From positions 124,001-188,000 of IMG/VR virus record IMGVR_UViG_3300027834_000005: a DNA stretch of 64,000 nucleotides, one strand, 5' to 3'. Both the position numbers and the translations under genes were made by a program. This document shows positions 19,888 to 29,356 of the stretch, piece by piece. The notes under the pieces are model-generated. The model did not search any database and was not told the origin of the DNA. It worked only from the letters and a program-made list of their open reading frames with translations. The number at the start of each line of letters is the position of its first letter. Positions within the stretch are counted from its first letter, which is position 1.

Positions 19888-21749
19888 TATCTCATCTTCC
19901 TAATGTCTGTCTTTGTCACGTCTATAGATGTCTCTCTGACAAGATCTAATTTCTGCTGAAACATCCCGCCCTCGAAGGTGCTATCTATCATTATAACTCT
20001 GTATATGCCACTCATCGCGTTATATTGAGTTACGCTTCTCATGCCGCCAAGTTCGGTGTCTACTATTTCCGGTAATCCACTGTTAAAAAGAACATACACG
20101 TCACCTTTCTTAGTGAAAACTGAGGTTTCATTATACTTTTCTTCACCTTTTATCTTGGCACTTAACGTAGGTAGTGCATATAGAGATCCATCGTACGGTG
20201 CCGGTTCTAACCAGAACGGATCTCCCTTAATATCTAGCTTCAGAGATATCATATCTGGCCCTTTAGCCTGATTAAATAAAGAACTAAGAATATTCTTACC
20301 TATGCCTGCACTACTTTCTACGCCGATATTACTATCATTCTGTACATCACTACTCACGAATGTCACTTGGGGGCCATCTTTCGTGGCTTTACTCGTGCCG
20401 CCACCACCATTAACATCAGCCTTCACGTCTGAAGATGTGGTTTTTCTACTCGTTTGTATTTCAGTCTCACTTTGAGCAGCCAATGTAGCATGGTTTTGCC
20501 CTAAAGAGTTAGAATCTGTCTTACTACCAGCATTTTTAGGCACGGACTGATAGAAAGCGAAGTCGAAATTTAATTCAAAATCCAATACTTGATCATTGAG
20601 TCCGGTAAAAATATGGTCATATCTTTTTCTAATGCGATTATTAGCAATTATTTTTGTTACGTTGTTTTCAGATCTAGTCTTCACGTCCGTCTGTTCATGC
20701 GTTAGGGATAGAATATCGTATTTTTTAACTAAGTATCTAATTTCCTTAGCATAATCATTTCTCTTACCGTCATATTTTACCAATTTAACGTCGGTGTACG
20801 TCCTGAATAATGTGGAGAATTCTGCTGGATTTCTATTCTTCTCTTTAGCTTGACCGTCTGCAGTAGGACTAGCCTTGGCCAGTTTCTGAAACATCTCAGT
20901 GTTCATTAGAATATTCTCTATGACACGGGTTATAGCAGTTCCTTTGGTAAAATGAACGCTTGTTTTTCCAGATGCCGAGTTAGGAGAGTACGTAGAGTTC
21001 TTTGAGGAACTAGTATTTAATTGAGATGGCATTATTGACGCGGTTTCAATACCGTCATCGAATTCAAACGCCCACATATCAGGTTTACTTGTGTCGTTTG
21101 CTTTCTCTTCGCTTTCTCTGTTTGTAAGCACTTCAGATAGCTTAGAGAAATATTCCCCTACCGTGGATGCTTCTATAGTAGTATCTTTGTCCAATGCCCC
21201 GAACTGGTCCATATATGCCATATCTGAAGCGATAGCAGACGTTACGTCGTACGTCGAGCCTGAGCCGGTAACAGATACGTCCATTTGTGTTATTAGTATT
21301 GGCCATACCCACTTATTATTAGCGAGATCACCGGCATACCCGCCTGCCACAGACTGTCCCTTGAATGATAATTCTAATATGTAAAAAGCCTTTTGGTAAT
21401 TGTCAATGCCTAACAACTGGGAATAATCGTAAAGATTATCAAGGAGCGAAGCGCCAAGAGGCTCAGTTAAGGTGAATGATATGATAGTCGATGTGCCACT
21501 ACCTGTTCTTTCCGTGAGACCAGGTACAGAATTTATATCGACGTCATCTATACCTAGATCCTGTGTCACTCCGCTAGACGCGATGACTATCTTATCCTTA
21601 GAATCATAGTTTTTATTATACATGTCCTCTGCAGATAACATAGAAAGCTTAAAGTTGTAGGTAGGATTGTCATACTGATCCAAAATATTCGGAAAAAAAA
21701 CATTACCGTCACCCGCACCAGTTGGTTTTGATGTTAGATTATCTGACAT
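19887..21749 (-). CDS. Baseplate hub protein, gp27-like by position
   Basis: Directly upstream of gp5; C-terminal L.IKGDPFW...SGIYRVI...F..G.F.Q.L motif typical of hub proteins. Confidence 0.6.
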   Translation of the reverse strand: MSDNLTSKPTGAGDGNVFFPNILDQYDNPTYNFKLSMLSAEDMYNKNYDSKDKIVIASSGVTQDLGIDDVDINSVPGLTERTGSGTSTIISFTLTEPLGASLLDNLYDYSQLLGIDNYQKAFYILELSFKGQSVAGGYAGDLANNKWVWPILITQMDVSVTGSGSTYDVTSAIASDMAYMDQFGALDKDTTIEASTVGEYFSKLSEVLTNRESEEKANDTSKPDMWAFEFDDGIETASIMPSQLNTSSSKNSTYSPNSASGKTSVHFTKGTAITRVIENILMNTEMFQKLAKASPTADGQAKEKNRNPAEFSTLFRTYTDVKLVKYDGKRNDYAKEIRYLVKKYDILSLTHEQTDVKTRSENNVTKIIANNRIRKRYDHIFTGLNDQVLDFELNFDFAFYQSVPKNAGSKTDSNSLGQNHATLAAQSETEIQTSRKTTSSDVKADVNGGGGTSKATKDGPQVTFVSSDVQNDSNIGVESSAGIGKNILSSLFNQAKGPDMISLKLDIKGDPFWLEPAPYDGSLYALPTLSAKIKGEEKYNETSVFTKKGDVYVLFNSGLPEIVDTELGGMRSVTQYNAMSGIYRVIMIDSTFEGGMFQQKLDLVRETSIDVTKTDIRKMR

Positions 21750-22033
21750 TATTCCTCCAGAGACTCAATAGGCGGAACGAAAATCTGTATGCCTGCTTTA
21801 AAGTCGAAAATAGGATCAAAGATAACGTCTTTGTTACGTTGCATAAAAACCCACCAATATTTAGTAGTCCCATATTCGTCGTAACTAAGAAGATCAGGTC
21901 TTTCATCATACTTCGCCGCAAGAATAATCTTCTTATCGGTGAATGAAACGGGCACCTCAATAGGGTTCCATACATCCAAGTAGAAATCTGTTATGTTTGT
22001 TTTAGCGTACCTTGTCCCTGAAAAATCTGGCAT
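21749..22033 (-). CDS. gp53: Baseplate wedge gp53-like/LysM-like protein
   Basis: YDERPDLLSYDEYGTTKYWWVFMQRN...DPIFDFKAG motif. Confidence 0.7.
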   Translation of the reverse strand: MPDFSGTRYAKTNITDFYLDVWNPIEVPVSFTDKKIILAAKYDERPDLLSYDEYGTTKYWWVFMQRNKDVIFDPIFDFKAGIQIFVPPIESLEE

Positions 22034-22716
22034 TATAAATATCCTCTTCCGTTCCCATTATTTTTTCCCCTAACCATATTACCGTTGGCAAAATCAGAAA
22101 GCTTAAAGTTTTTCCTTAGCGCTGCCGGATTATAATACGGCTTCAGCTCCAACGTTAAGGTTAGTTCTGTGGGTACATACGTTATCTCATCACCATACGT
22201 AGTTACCTTCACGTAATCCACGTGGTCCGGTAGATCAAAGCCGTACGAGGAAACTACCACAGGGACGTCATTGAACATATGAGTACCTAAGTAATTGAAA
22301 AGTAGAACAGGCGGCGGCATACCAGCGCTCAGCGTCGTGTTGTTTGTTGGTTCGTTAAAATCTGGAGAGTCTTTTTCGCCGAAATTCATTTTAGTGACAT
22401 TCGATAACATCTTCATCATAGCGAGAACATATCTAGCCTCGTATTCAGTCTGCGCAGTGAACTTAGCGGTCAGTGCTATATCACGTATTTCACTATTCTT
22501 ATACGCTGGCTGACGATAGTTACTATGTGTCATGTGGAAATCATCATAGTTAGCATTGCCTCCATATTGTAGTATCGATGGCGTGTACGGGAATAACAAT
22601 CCGCCAGTGTCATGCAGTGGGCGCATTAAATTATCACCAGTCTTTATTCCTATGGCACGTTCGATAGCCGATTGACTATCTGGTTTAGGCTTGAGATACG
22701 CTCTAAAGTCAGTCAT
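22033..22716 (-). CDS. Baseplate tail-tube initiator/cap-like protein (gp48/gp54 family)
   Basis: GLLFPYTP, AKFTAQ, PPPVLLFNYLG..MFNDVPVVV pattern; position in the baseplate cluster. Confidence 0.55.
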   Translation of the reverse strand: MTDFRAYLKPKPDSQSAIERAIGIKTGDNLMRPLHDTGGLLFPYTPSILQYGGNANYDDFHMTHSNYRQPAYKNSEIRDIALTAKFTAQTEYEARYVLAMMKMLSNVTKMNFGEKDSPDFNEPTNNTTLSAGMPPPVLLFNYLGTHMFNDVPVVVSSYGFDLPDHVDYVKVTTYGDEITYVPTELTLTLELKPYYNPAALRKNFKLSDFANGNMVRGKNNGNGRGYL

Positions 22717-22740
22717 TTTATTTCCAAAATCCGTTTACTG

Positions 22741-22748
22741 TATTTATC
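22741..22748 (-). promoter_or_regulatory. Late promoter GATAAATA for the tube-initiator to gp5 operon
   Basis: TATTTATC on + strand, 24 nt upstream of ATG 22716. Confidence 0.75.
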
Positions 22749-22775
22749 ATGTAAAATAATATACGAATAAAATGC

Positions 22776-22804
22776 TTGAAATTTTAACACAGATGTGGTA
22801 TAAT
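22776..22804 (+). promoter_or_regulatory. Sigma70-like promoter for gp55-gp47-gp46
   Basis: TTGAAA-17 nt-TATAAT with extended -10 TG. Confidence 0.8.
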
Positions 22805-22833
22805 GTAAAGAACTTTTACAGGATTTTTCAAGG

Positions 22834-23826
22834 ATGAAAAAAAAGAAAATAAATTACTTAAACAACAAAGATCTTCTAGATGAAATAGGGAAAAGTAAAC
22901 TAACTTTCTGTCAGTTCACCGAAGAAGATTCTGAGAAATATGACTTTATAGTGGACACACCACGTCCAGAGTCACGCGGCAAGAAGGTAAGGATACCGCC
23001 TCCTTCAACCATCGAATACAGCGAGATGTTAGAAGGTAGGAGAGCGCAGTGCTTATCTCCAGATACCGTAGCTACAGCCATCAAGAACAGAGCCGATAGA
23101 CTTTCTAAGTTTGGCTATGATCAAGCCATGAAAGGGTATGTTGAGGCTTATGACGCGCACGTAGATGCTATTGACGGCGGAACAATAGGCAAAAATGAAC
23201 CTTTCAAAGTTGCAAAACCTACGAAAAAAGAGTATACTGTTGATCCCGATGATATCATGATAGAAGATTTGGTCATTCGTTTCCATACGTTTGAACACAT
23301 CCCTCTTAGTGATAACACCAAGGATAACCCAGTTACTGAAGCAGACTATAGGGAAAAAGTCAGCTTCGTGCCATTCATTCAATACAAATATGATATTACT
23401 GATGGTAAGGTTTCAGGGCTAAGAATAGTGGGACGATCTCACTTCAAGGAAGGAATCTACTCCAACGAGCACGGTGATATCACGCCTAAGCTTGCTAATA
23501 TGTTCATTCTTCTAACCAATAAATATGCCCAAAAGCATAATTGGAGAGGATACACTTACGTCGATGACATGAAGGGTAATGCCTTACTTCAGCTATCCAT
23601 TATGGGCTTGCAATTTAATGAAGCTAGAAGTGATAATCCATTCGCGTACTTGACCACTACACTTAAGAATGCATTTCTTAGAGTACTGCAGTCTGAAAAG
23701 AAAGAGCAGGACATCAGAGATGACTTAATTGAGAAGTCTGGACAGACACCTAGCAACACTCGCCAAATGGATCATGATAAACACATCCAAGAAGAAAGAG
23801 AACGCCTTAACAACAACGTAAACTAA
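22834..23826 (+). CDS. gp55: Sigma factor for late transcription, gp55-like, with a large insertion
   Basis: NYLNNKDLL...NWRGYT...GLQFNE..SDNPFAYLT...NAFLR matches the T4 gp55 motifs NYVNNKELL, NFSGYT and NPHAYIT..NAF; lies upstream of gp47/gp46 as in T4. Confidence 0.88.
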   Translation: MKKKKINYLNNKDLLDEIGKSKLTFCQFTEEDSEKYDFIVDTPRPESRGKKVRIPPPSTIEYSEMLEGRRAQCLSPDTVATAIKNRADRLSKFGYDQAMKGYVEAYDAHVDAIDGGTIGKNEPFKVAKPTKKEYTVDPDDIMIEDLVIRFHTFEHIPLSDNTKDNPVTEADYREKVSFVPFIQYKYDITDGKVSGLRIVGRSHFKEGIYSNEHGDITPKLANMFILLTNKYAQKHNWRGYTYVDDMKGNALLQLSIMGLQFNEARSDNPFAYLTTTLKNAFLRVLQSEKKEQDIRDDLIEKSGQTPSNTRQMDHDKHIQEERERLNNNVN

Positions 23827-23835
23827 AGGAACTAC

Positions 23836-24843
23836 ATGTCTGACTTATTTAAGCGAGTAGCCATGGCCACCGATATTCATTTCGGTGGTAAAGGCAACAG
23901 CAAGTTATTTAACGAGGACATTATAGAATTCTTCGAGTGGTTCATTTCAGAAGCTAAGAGTAGAGACGCGGAAACGTGTATCATTCTTGGCGACTGGCAT
24001 GATTCCAGAAGTTCTATCAATGTCTTAACTCTCAATTACAGCCTCAAAGCCTTAACAATGCTTAACAACGCATTCGAGAAGGTATACATCATAACAGGTA
24101 ATCATGATCTTTTCTATAGGGAAAAGAGAGATGTTCATTCTCTAATAGTAGGTGATGGATTAGCCAATATTACAGTCATAGACACTCCTACCGAGATAGA
24201 TAATACACTATTTTTACCTTGGTTGGTAGAAGAAGAGTGGAAAGATTGCGTAAAGAATAAATCTAAATACATTTTTGGCCACTTAGAATTACCTGGATTC
24301 AAAATGAACGCTATGATCGAGATGCCAGATCATGGGGGCCTCAATGGCAAGCATTTTAAAAACCAAGATTACGTATTCACTGGTCACTTCCATAAACGAC
24401 AGTATAAAGACAACATCCATTATATCGGTAATCCTTTTGGTCACAACTACGGTGACGCAAGTGATTTCGAACGTGGTGCTTGCTTCTTAGATTGGGGCGG
24501 AAAACCAGAATATATAAATTATGTGGATGGTCCTAGATACCATAGTCTCATGCTTTCGGATCTTTTAAACTGTGTCGATGATATAGCTACTGAGAAGGCC
24601 TATATTAAGGTCACTGACGACATGAATATCAGCTACGAAGATACGATTTCGTACAGAGATATGTTCTCCAAGCTCAATGTTAGGGAATTTAAACTGACAC
24701 CGCAAAAGGTAGAGTACGATCACGAGTACGATCCGTCCGAAAAGTTCGAAACAGTGGACGGTTTAGTAGTAAATGAACTCACAAATATCGACAGTGACAA
24801 CTTCGACAATGCAATTCTAATAAAGATGTACGATGACTTATGA
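23836..24843 (+). CDS. gp47: Recombination endonuclease subunit (Mre11/SbcD-like)
   Basis: Metallophosphoesterase motifs DIH, GDWHD, GNHD, GHL, GHFH. Confidence 0.93.
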   Translation: MSDLFKRVAMATDIHFGGKGNSKLFNEDIIEFFEWFISEAKSRDAETCIILGDWHDSRSSINVLTLNYSLKALTMLNNAFEKVYIITGNHDLFYREKRDVHSLIVGDGLANITVIDTPTEIDNTLFLPWLVEEEWKDCVKNKSKYIFGHLELPGFKMNAMIEMPDHGGLNGKHFKNQDYVFTGHFHKRQYKDNIHYIGNPFGHNYGDASDFERGACFLDWGGKPEYINYVDGPRYHSLMLSDLLNCVDDIATEKAYIKVTDDMNISYEDTISYRDMFSKLNVREFKLTPQKVEYDHEYDPSEKFETVDGLVVNELTNIDSDNFDNAILIKMYDDL

Positions 24844-26588
24844 TTAAACTAAAAAATGTAACGATAAGAAACTTCATGTCGGTAGGTAATGTGTCCCAAG
24901 GCGTAGTTTTGGACAACGACCCTATCGTCTTAGTCCTAGGCGAGAACAGGGATCTAGGCGGAAACGGCAACAGAAACGGCGTAGGGAAGTCTACTATAGT
25001 GAATGCGATAACGTATGCACTATATGGAGGGGCCTTGACCAATATTAAGCTCAATAACCTAATAAACAAGACGAACGGCAAGAACATGTTCGTGACGATA
25101 GAGTTCACTAATGGTAACGACACGTACAAATTAGAACGTGGGCGTAAACCTGACGTGTTTAATATGTATATCAATGGATCTAACCCATACGATAATGACG
25201 CACAGGGCAATAATAGGCTCACGCAGAAGGACGTAGAAGCCATTTTGGGAATGAATAAAACATTATTCTCTAATATCGTCGCTTTAAATACGTTCAATGA
25301 GCCTTTTTTGTCCATGAAGGCAGCGCCACAACGAGAAATGATGGAGTTACTACTAGGAATGACGAAGCTTTCTGAGAAGGCTGTGTCGTTGAAGGAGAAT
25401 ATAAAGGATACTAAGGACGAAGTCAAGGAAGAAGAGTACAAAATAAAGTCCATTGATGACAGTAACTCAGTTATCCAACGAAGTAAAGACAGCCTTGCGT
25501 CTAAATCGAGTAAGTGGGAGACAACTAGAGAGCAGAACCTTGTAGATTTAACTAGTGCACTGTCCCTTTTATCCGAAATGAATATTGAAGATGAACTTGA
25601 GAATCATAGATTACTAGGCGTCAAGAAGGAAGCTGATACGTTATACCGAGAGGCATCCACTAACTTAAACATACTCAGTAAAGACTGTCAAGCGCTTATT
25701 AAAGAAAGAGACAGGGAACAACGCCATTTGGATAGCGCCACTGAAGGCGTATGTCATGCTTGTAATCAGGTATTACCGGATGACAATACTACTGAGACCA
25801 AGAAAACACACGCAGAGACCATAGAAGAGCTAAATAAGGCCATAGAAGAACTTGAGGCTGGCATAGCTATACTCACTGCCGACGTGGACAGTATGGCCAC
25901 TATAGAAGCTCCTACAGTTTTCTACTCTACGTACGAGGAAGCATATAACCACCAGATTCAAATACGCTTAATGGCTGATGAACTGGAAAAGGAAATGAAT
26001 TCCACTAATCCGTATGTCGATCAGATAACTGAACTGGACACATCTATAAAGAAAGCAGATTTCACTAGAATGGAACAGCTCGTAGCTATACGTGACCACC
26101 AAGATTTTCTTCTAAAATTATTGACGAATAAAGATAGCTTCATCAGAAAGAAAATTATAGACCAAAATCTATCATTCTTAAATGACAGGTTACGACATTA
26201 CTTAGAAACTATTGGACTGCCACACTCAGTTGTGTTCAATCCTAACTTAGATGTTTACATTACTGAGTATGGCCGTGACTTAGACTTCGATAATTTGAGT
26301 AGAGGAGAAAAGACTAGACTTATCCTTTCTCTATCATGGGCGTTCAGAGACGTATATGAATCCATGAATGGATCTATAAATTTATTATTCATCGATGAAC
26401 TATTAGACTCAGGCCTAGACGCGAGCGGAACCGAATCCACATTAGCTGCGCTTAAAGTTATGGCTCATGAGCAAAATAAAAATGTAATACTGATCTCCCA
26501 TAGGGAAGAGTTAGTAGGTAAAGTAGACAATATCATTACTGTATGTAAAGAAAATGGCTTTACCCGTATAGAGACATCGGAGTTGTAA
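24840..26588 (+). CDS. gp46: Recombination ATPase subunit (Rad50/SbcC-like)
   Basis: Walker A NGVGKST, zinc hook CHAC, signature LSRGE, Walker B LLFIDE, ISH motif. Confidence 0.95.
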   Translation: MIKLKNVTIRNFMSVGNVSQGVVLDNDPIVLVLGENRDLGGNGNRNGVGKSTIVNAITYALYGGALTNIKLNNLINKTNGKNMFVTIEFTNGNDTYKLERGRKPDVFNMYINGSNPYDNDAQGNNRLTQKDVEAILGMNKTLFSNIVALNTFNEPFLSMKAAPQREMMELLLGMTKLSEKAVSLKENIKDTKDEVKEEEYKIKSIDDSNSVIQRSKDSLASKSSKWETTREQNLVDLTSALSLLSEMNIEDELENHRLLGVKKEADTLYREASTNLNILSKDCQALIKERDREQRHLDSATEGVCHACNQVLPDDNTTETKKTHAETIEELNKAIEELEAGIAILTADVDSMATIEAPTVFYSTYEEAYNHQIQIRLMADELEKEMNSTNPYVDQITELDTSIKKADFTRMEQLVAIRDHQDFLLKLLTNKDSFIRKKIIDQNLSFLNDRLRHYLETIGLPHSVVFNPNLDVYITEYGRDLDFDNLSRGEKTRLILSLSWAFRDVYESMNGSINLLFIDELLDSGLDASGTESTLAALKVMAHEQNKNVILISHREELVGKVDNIITVCKENGFTRIETSEL

Positions 26589-26589
26589 T

Positions 26590-27147
26590 ATGGACCACAA
26601 GCCTTGGGAAGAAACTGACGTATGGAAATCTGAGAGCCAATATCTAATTTGGCTTCGAGGAAATCTAAGAAAAGCGTTATGGCAGCATTTTCCGCCTAGG
26701 ATTGCGTTCAAAAATGAAAGGTGCATTAACGTGACACCTAACATCAGAGAACAATATGGTCTCAGCAAGGCTTGTAAGTACGTAGGGGTGTGTGAGTTCT
26801 GTGAGGAATACCATCCCAAGTCTAAACTTGAAGTGGACCATATCGAAGGATGTGGTGCGCTTACATTAGAGAATAAATCTGAATGGATAGACCGTCTTAT
26901 ATGTTCCACATCGAATATGAGATTAGTCTGTAAGCCATGCCATAAAATTCACACTTACTCGGAACGAATGGGTATATCATTTGAGAGCGCTAAATTAGAG
27001 AAGAAAGTAATTGAATTTTCTAAAAAGCCCACGTCTATGCAGAATACATACCTCAAGAAAAGAAATCTACCCCACAATAATGCTAAAGTGAGGAAGGAAT
27101 CTTTTAGGAAGGTGCTGCTTGAAGACTCAAAGGCCGAAATCACTTAG
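26590..27147 (+). CDS. HNH endonuclease
   Basis: CEFC...EVDHI...LVCKPCHKIHT: Zn-binding CxxC pairs flanking a DH/H motif. Confidence 0.8.
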   Translation: MDHKPWEETDVWKSESQYLIWLRGNLRKALWQHFPPRIAFKNERCINVTPNIREQYGLSKACKYVGVCEFCEEYHPKSKLEVDHIEGCGALTLENKSEWIDRLICSTSNMRLVCKPCHKIHTYSERMGISFESAKLEKKVIEFSKKPTSMQNTYLKKRNLPHNNAKVRKESFRKVLLEDSKAEIT

Positions 27148-28737
27148 TTTGTAATTCCCATTTGGGTACTTATTGATGACATCTGCGATCTTCGTCTTAG
27201 TTCTATCCTGAAAACTACTACCATTGCGGTATGCAATCTTCTTAGCCGACATGAAATTCATCTCGGCTTTTGTCATGCCTGTACTTTTGTCGCTTTTCTT
27301 TCTAGGATTACCTGATGAGGTCCATTTCTTTCTTTTCTTTTTGAATACGCCTGTCTTACCTTCAACTACCGCACCCGTAAATATACCAGCTAACATGTCA
27401 GCAGTGGTTTTGTCAAGTACTATTACCTCTACTTCCCTTCCGACTTGCATAAAATCGTGAGAACGTATTGCAGTGCGACCTATAGTCTGATAAACACTCT
27501 CCAATTTGAAAGCGTCGTTAAGAACATTACCGTCTATATTACTTAATTTTTCCATAATACCCTTTACAGCAGTAGGGAATTGACATACGGTGAGTGCTGC
27601 CACTCTATGATATGACGTATATTGGTTCTGTCCGTGACTCTTTACGCTTATACTGGCTACATTATCCAAGTCATCTAGGGTCTTTACGTTACCATTTCCG
27701 TTGAAAGTCCAACTCTTATGGGTCGCATAAAGGAAATCTCCATCTGGCCAGTGTGCTGCTACTTGTGAAAAAAGTAGATCCCTAACATTCTGCTTACTTT
27801 CGACTGGCAGACCCTTCGGCTTATTATCGTGCAGCATACCTTTACTGGATTTATCATTATCATCCATTAAGTGGTATATCTTTAATAAAGATCCATGTGA
27901 GTGGGTATCCTTACTTATTAAGCTGGCCAGCGCAGTGTCTTCAACGAATTCTACGTCAAATACCTCTTTGAATAGATGGTACTGTAGGGTATTCAGGAAA
28001 TCAGCACACAGCACAGTGGTAGATTTGAACTTACTCGCTATACTGATAGGATCTACGATAGACACCGTTTGTAAATATGTATCGGTTACTTTCGCAAAAA
28101 CTGCACTGGTACGTTTCTGCATAACCGAAAGAATTCTGGAAAATTGTTTACAGTTAAGATTATCACGTTTATGATACATCTTAATGATATCTTCATACTC
28201 ATCCACATATTCTGGGTTGTCTTCTAAGCGATATATGTCCTCCACCACGTGATGGCAACTTATAAAATCAAGATACGTGTCGAATGTTTCTTCATCTGGC
28301 GTAAATCTTAGGAAGTCGAATACCGGCAACTGCTCATCTACGTACAGGGAACAGCCCTTAAGCATCGTTTTATTTGAGGTGAGGTCAGAGTCCAAATACA
28401 TCAGTAACGCCGCGTGGCTGATCACTAGAGCACCATAGGACACATCATCACATAGATCACGAATAGCTTCATCGACCTTATCTACCATTCCGCCTTGTTC
28501 AGCGGACACAGTATCCTCGTTACCTTTTTCTTCCAGAATAGCCATTGACTGCGAAGATAGTACTAACTTAGCCTTTCCGCCTTGCCTTCTTATGTCCGTG
28601 TGTGTCTGTAGTGCAAGTTTGGCAGTGGGAGCAGCATATATCGCGTTTATATGGGGTGATGTATTTATGTGAGATATAAATGCCGAGGTCTTTCCTGCCC
28701 CAACACTCGCGTTCACGTATAGGATCTGTGTTTTCAT
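27127..28737 (-). CDS. SF2-like helicase/ATPase, candidate origin-binding protein
   Basis: Walker A ASVGAGKT, motif Ia YAAPT, Walker B YVDE, motif VI YQTIGRTAIR; Lys-rich C-terminal tail. Confidence 0.7.
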   Translation of the reverse strand: MKTQILYVNASVGAGKTSAFISHINTSPHINAIYAAPTAKLALQTHTDIRRQGGKAKLVLSSQSMAILEEKGNEDTVSAEQGGMVDKVDEAIRDLCDDVSYGALVISHAALLMYLDSDLTSNKTMLKGCSLYVDEQLPVFDFLRFTPDEETFDTYLDFISCHHVVEDIYRLEDNPEYVDEYEDIIKMYHKRDNLNCKQFSRILSVMQKRTSAVFAKVTDTYLQTVSIVDPISIASKFKSTTVLCADFLNTLQYHLFKEVFDVEFVEDTALASLISKDTHSHGSLLKIYHLMDDNDKSSKGMLHDNKPKGLPVESKQNVRDLLFSQVAAHWPDGDFLYATHKSWTFNGNGNVKTLDDLDNVASISVKSHGQNQYTSYHRVAALTVCQFPTAVKGIMEKLSNIDGNVLNDAFKLESVYQTIGRTAIRSHDFMQVGREVEVIVLDKTTADMLAGIFTGAVVEGKTGVFKKKRKKWTSSGNPRKKSDKSTGMTKAEMNFMSAKKIAYRNGSSFQDRTKTKIADVINKYPNGNYKLSDFGL

Positions 28738-28763
28738 ATCTTACCTTTGTTCAAATATAGCGG

Positions 28764-28792
28764 AGTATAGCATAAATCCCATGTATTGGCAA
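28764..28792 (-). promoter_or_regulatory. Sigma70-like promoter for the helicase
   Basis: On the - strand TTGCCA-17 nt-TATACT with extended -10 TG. Confidence 0.75.
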
Positions 28793-28802
28793 CAAAGTTC
28801 CA

Positions 28803-29299
28803 ATTTTGGATCGCGGTGTTGAGTAAAGTAAAGGAATGATTTTTTTATATAATATATAATTACTAGATAGATTATAGTAGTTATCTTTATTATTTCATTA
28901 TACAAAATATTTTGTCCTTCATTTCAATTTATATGTGTGTAATTACGTCGATAATGCATCGATATGTGTCTATATGTCATTAATATTCCATTATATGAAT
29001 TGACGTCGGTTCTTCGCAAGCTCAGCTCCAACGCAAATCCACATAATTCCTTTGGTTATGTCATCGCTTCGCTCTACAAACCAATTGATATTATTTAATT
29101 TGTAGCTTAAAAACAAATAAAGGCGTACACAATATAATTATATATGTGATATGGAGGTACGACATATGACATATCTAATATTGCAGTGTCGGTTGAGTGG
29201 AATGAAATGGAACTGACCGTCATAGCAATATGTCATTATACATTAATAATTTATATTTTAATACATTAATAATATATAATGAGCACCGCGATTCAAAAT
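28803..29299. other. AT-rich non-coding element bounded by 18-bp inverted repeats; candidate replication origin or structured RNA
   Basis: Arms ATTTTGGATCGCGGTGTT (28803-28820) and AGCACCGCGATTCAAAAT (29282-29299); internal ATATGT/ACATAT repeats, a 14-bp palindrome (28902-28915) and several hairpins. Largest ORF-free gap in the window. Confidence 0.55.
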
Positions 29300-29302
29300 C
29301 TG

Positions 29303-29331
29303 TTTACATATCGAACTAAATAAGTTATAAT
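29303..29331 (+). promoter_or_regulatory. Early promoter (T4-like GTTTACA -35)
   Basis: TTTACA-17 nt-TATAAT, preceded by G. Confidence 0.75.
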
Positions 29332-29356
29332 AGTGCCACATTAAATGGAATAACAA

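Noticed and set aside
24779-25453. 224-aa minus-strand ORF
   Set aside because: Entirely antisense to the conserved gp46/gp47 genes; no motifs.
28803-29299. Retron or tRNA interpretation of the IR-bounded element
   Set aside because: No reverse transcriptase in the window and no cloverleaf or T-loop consensus; kept only as a generic structured element.
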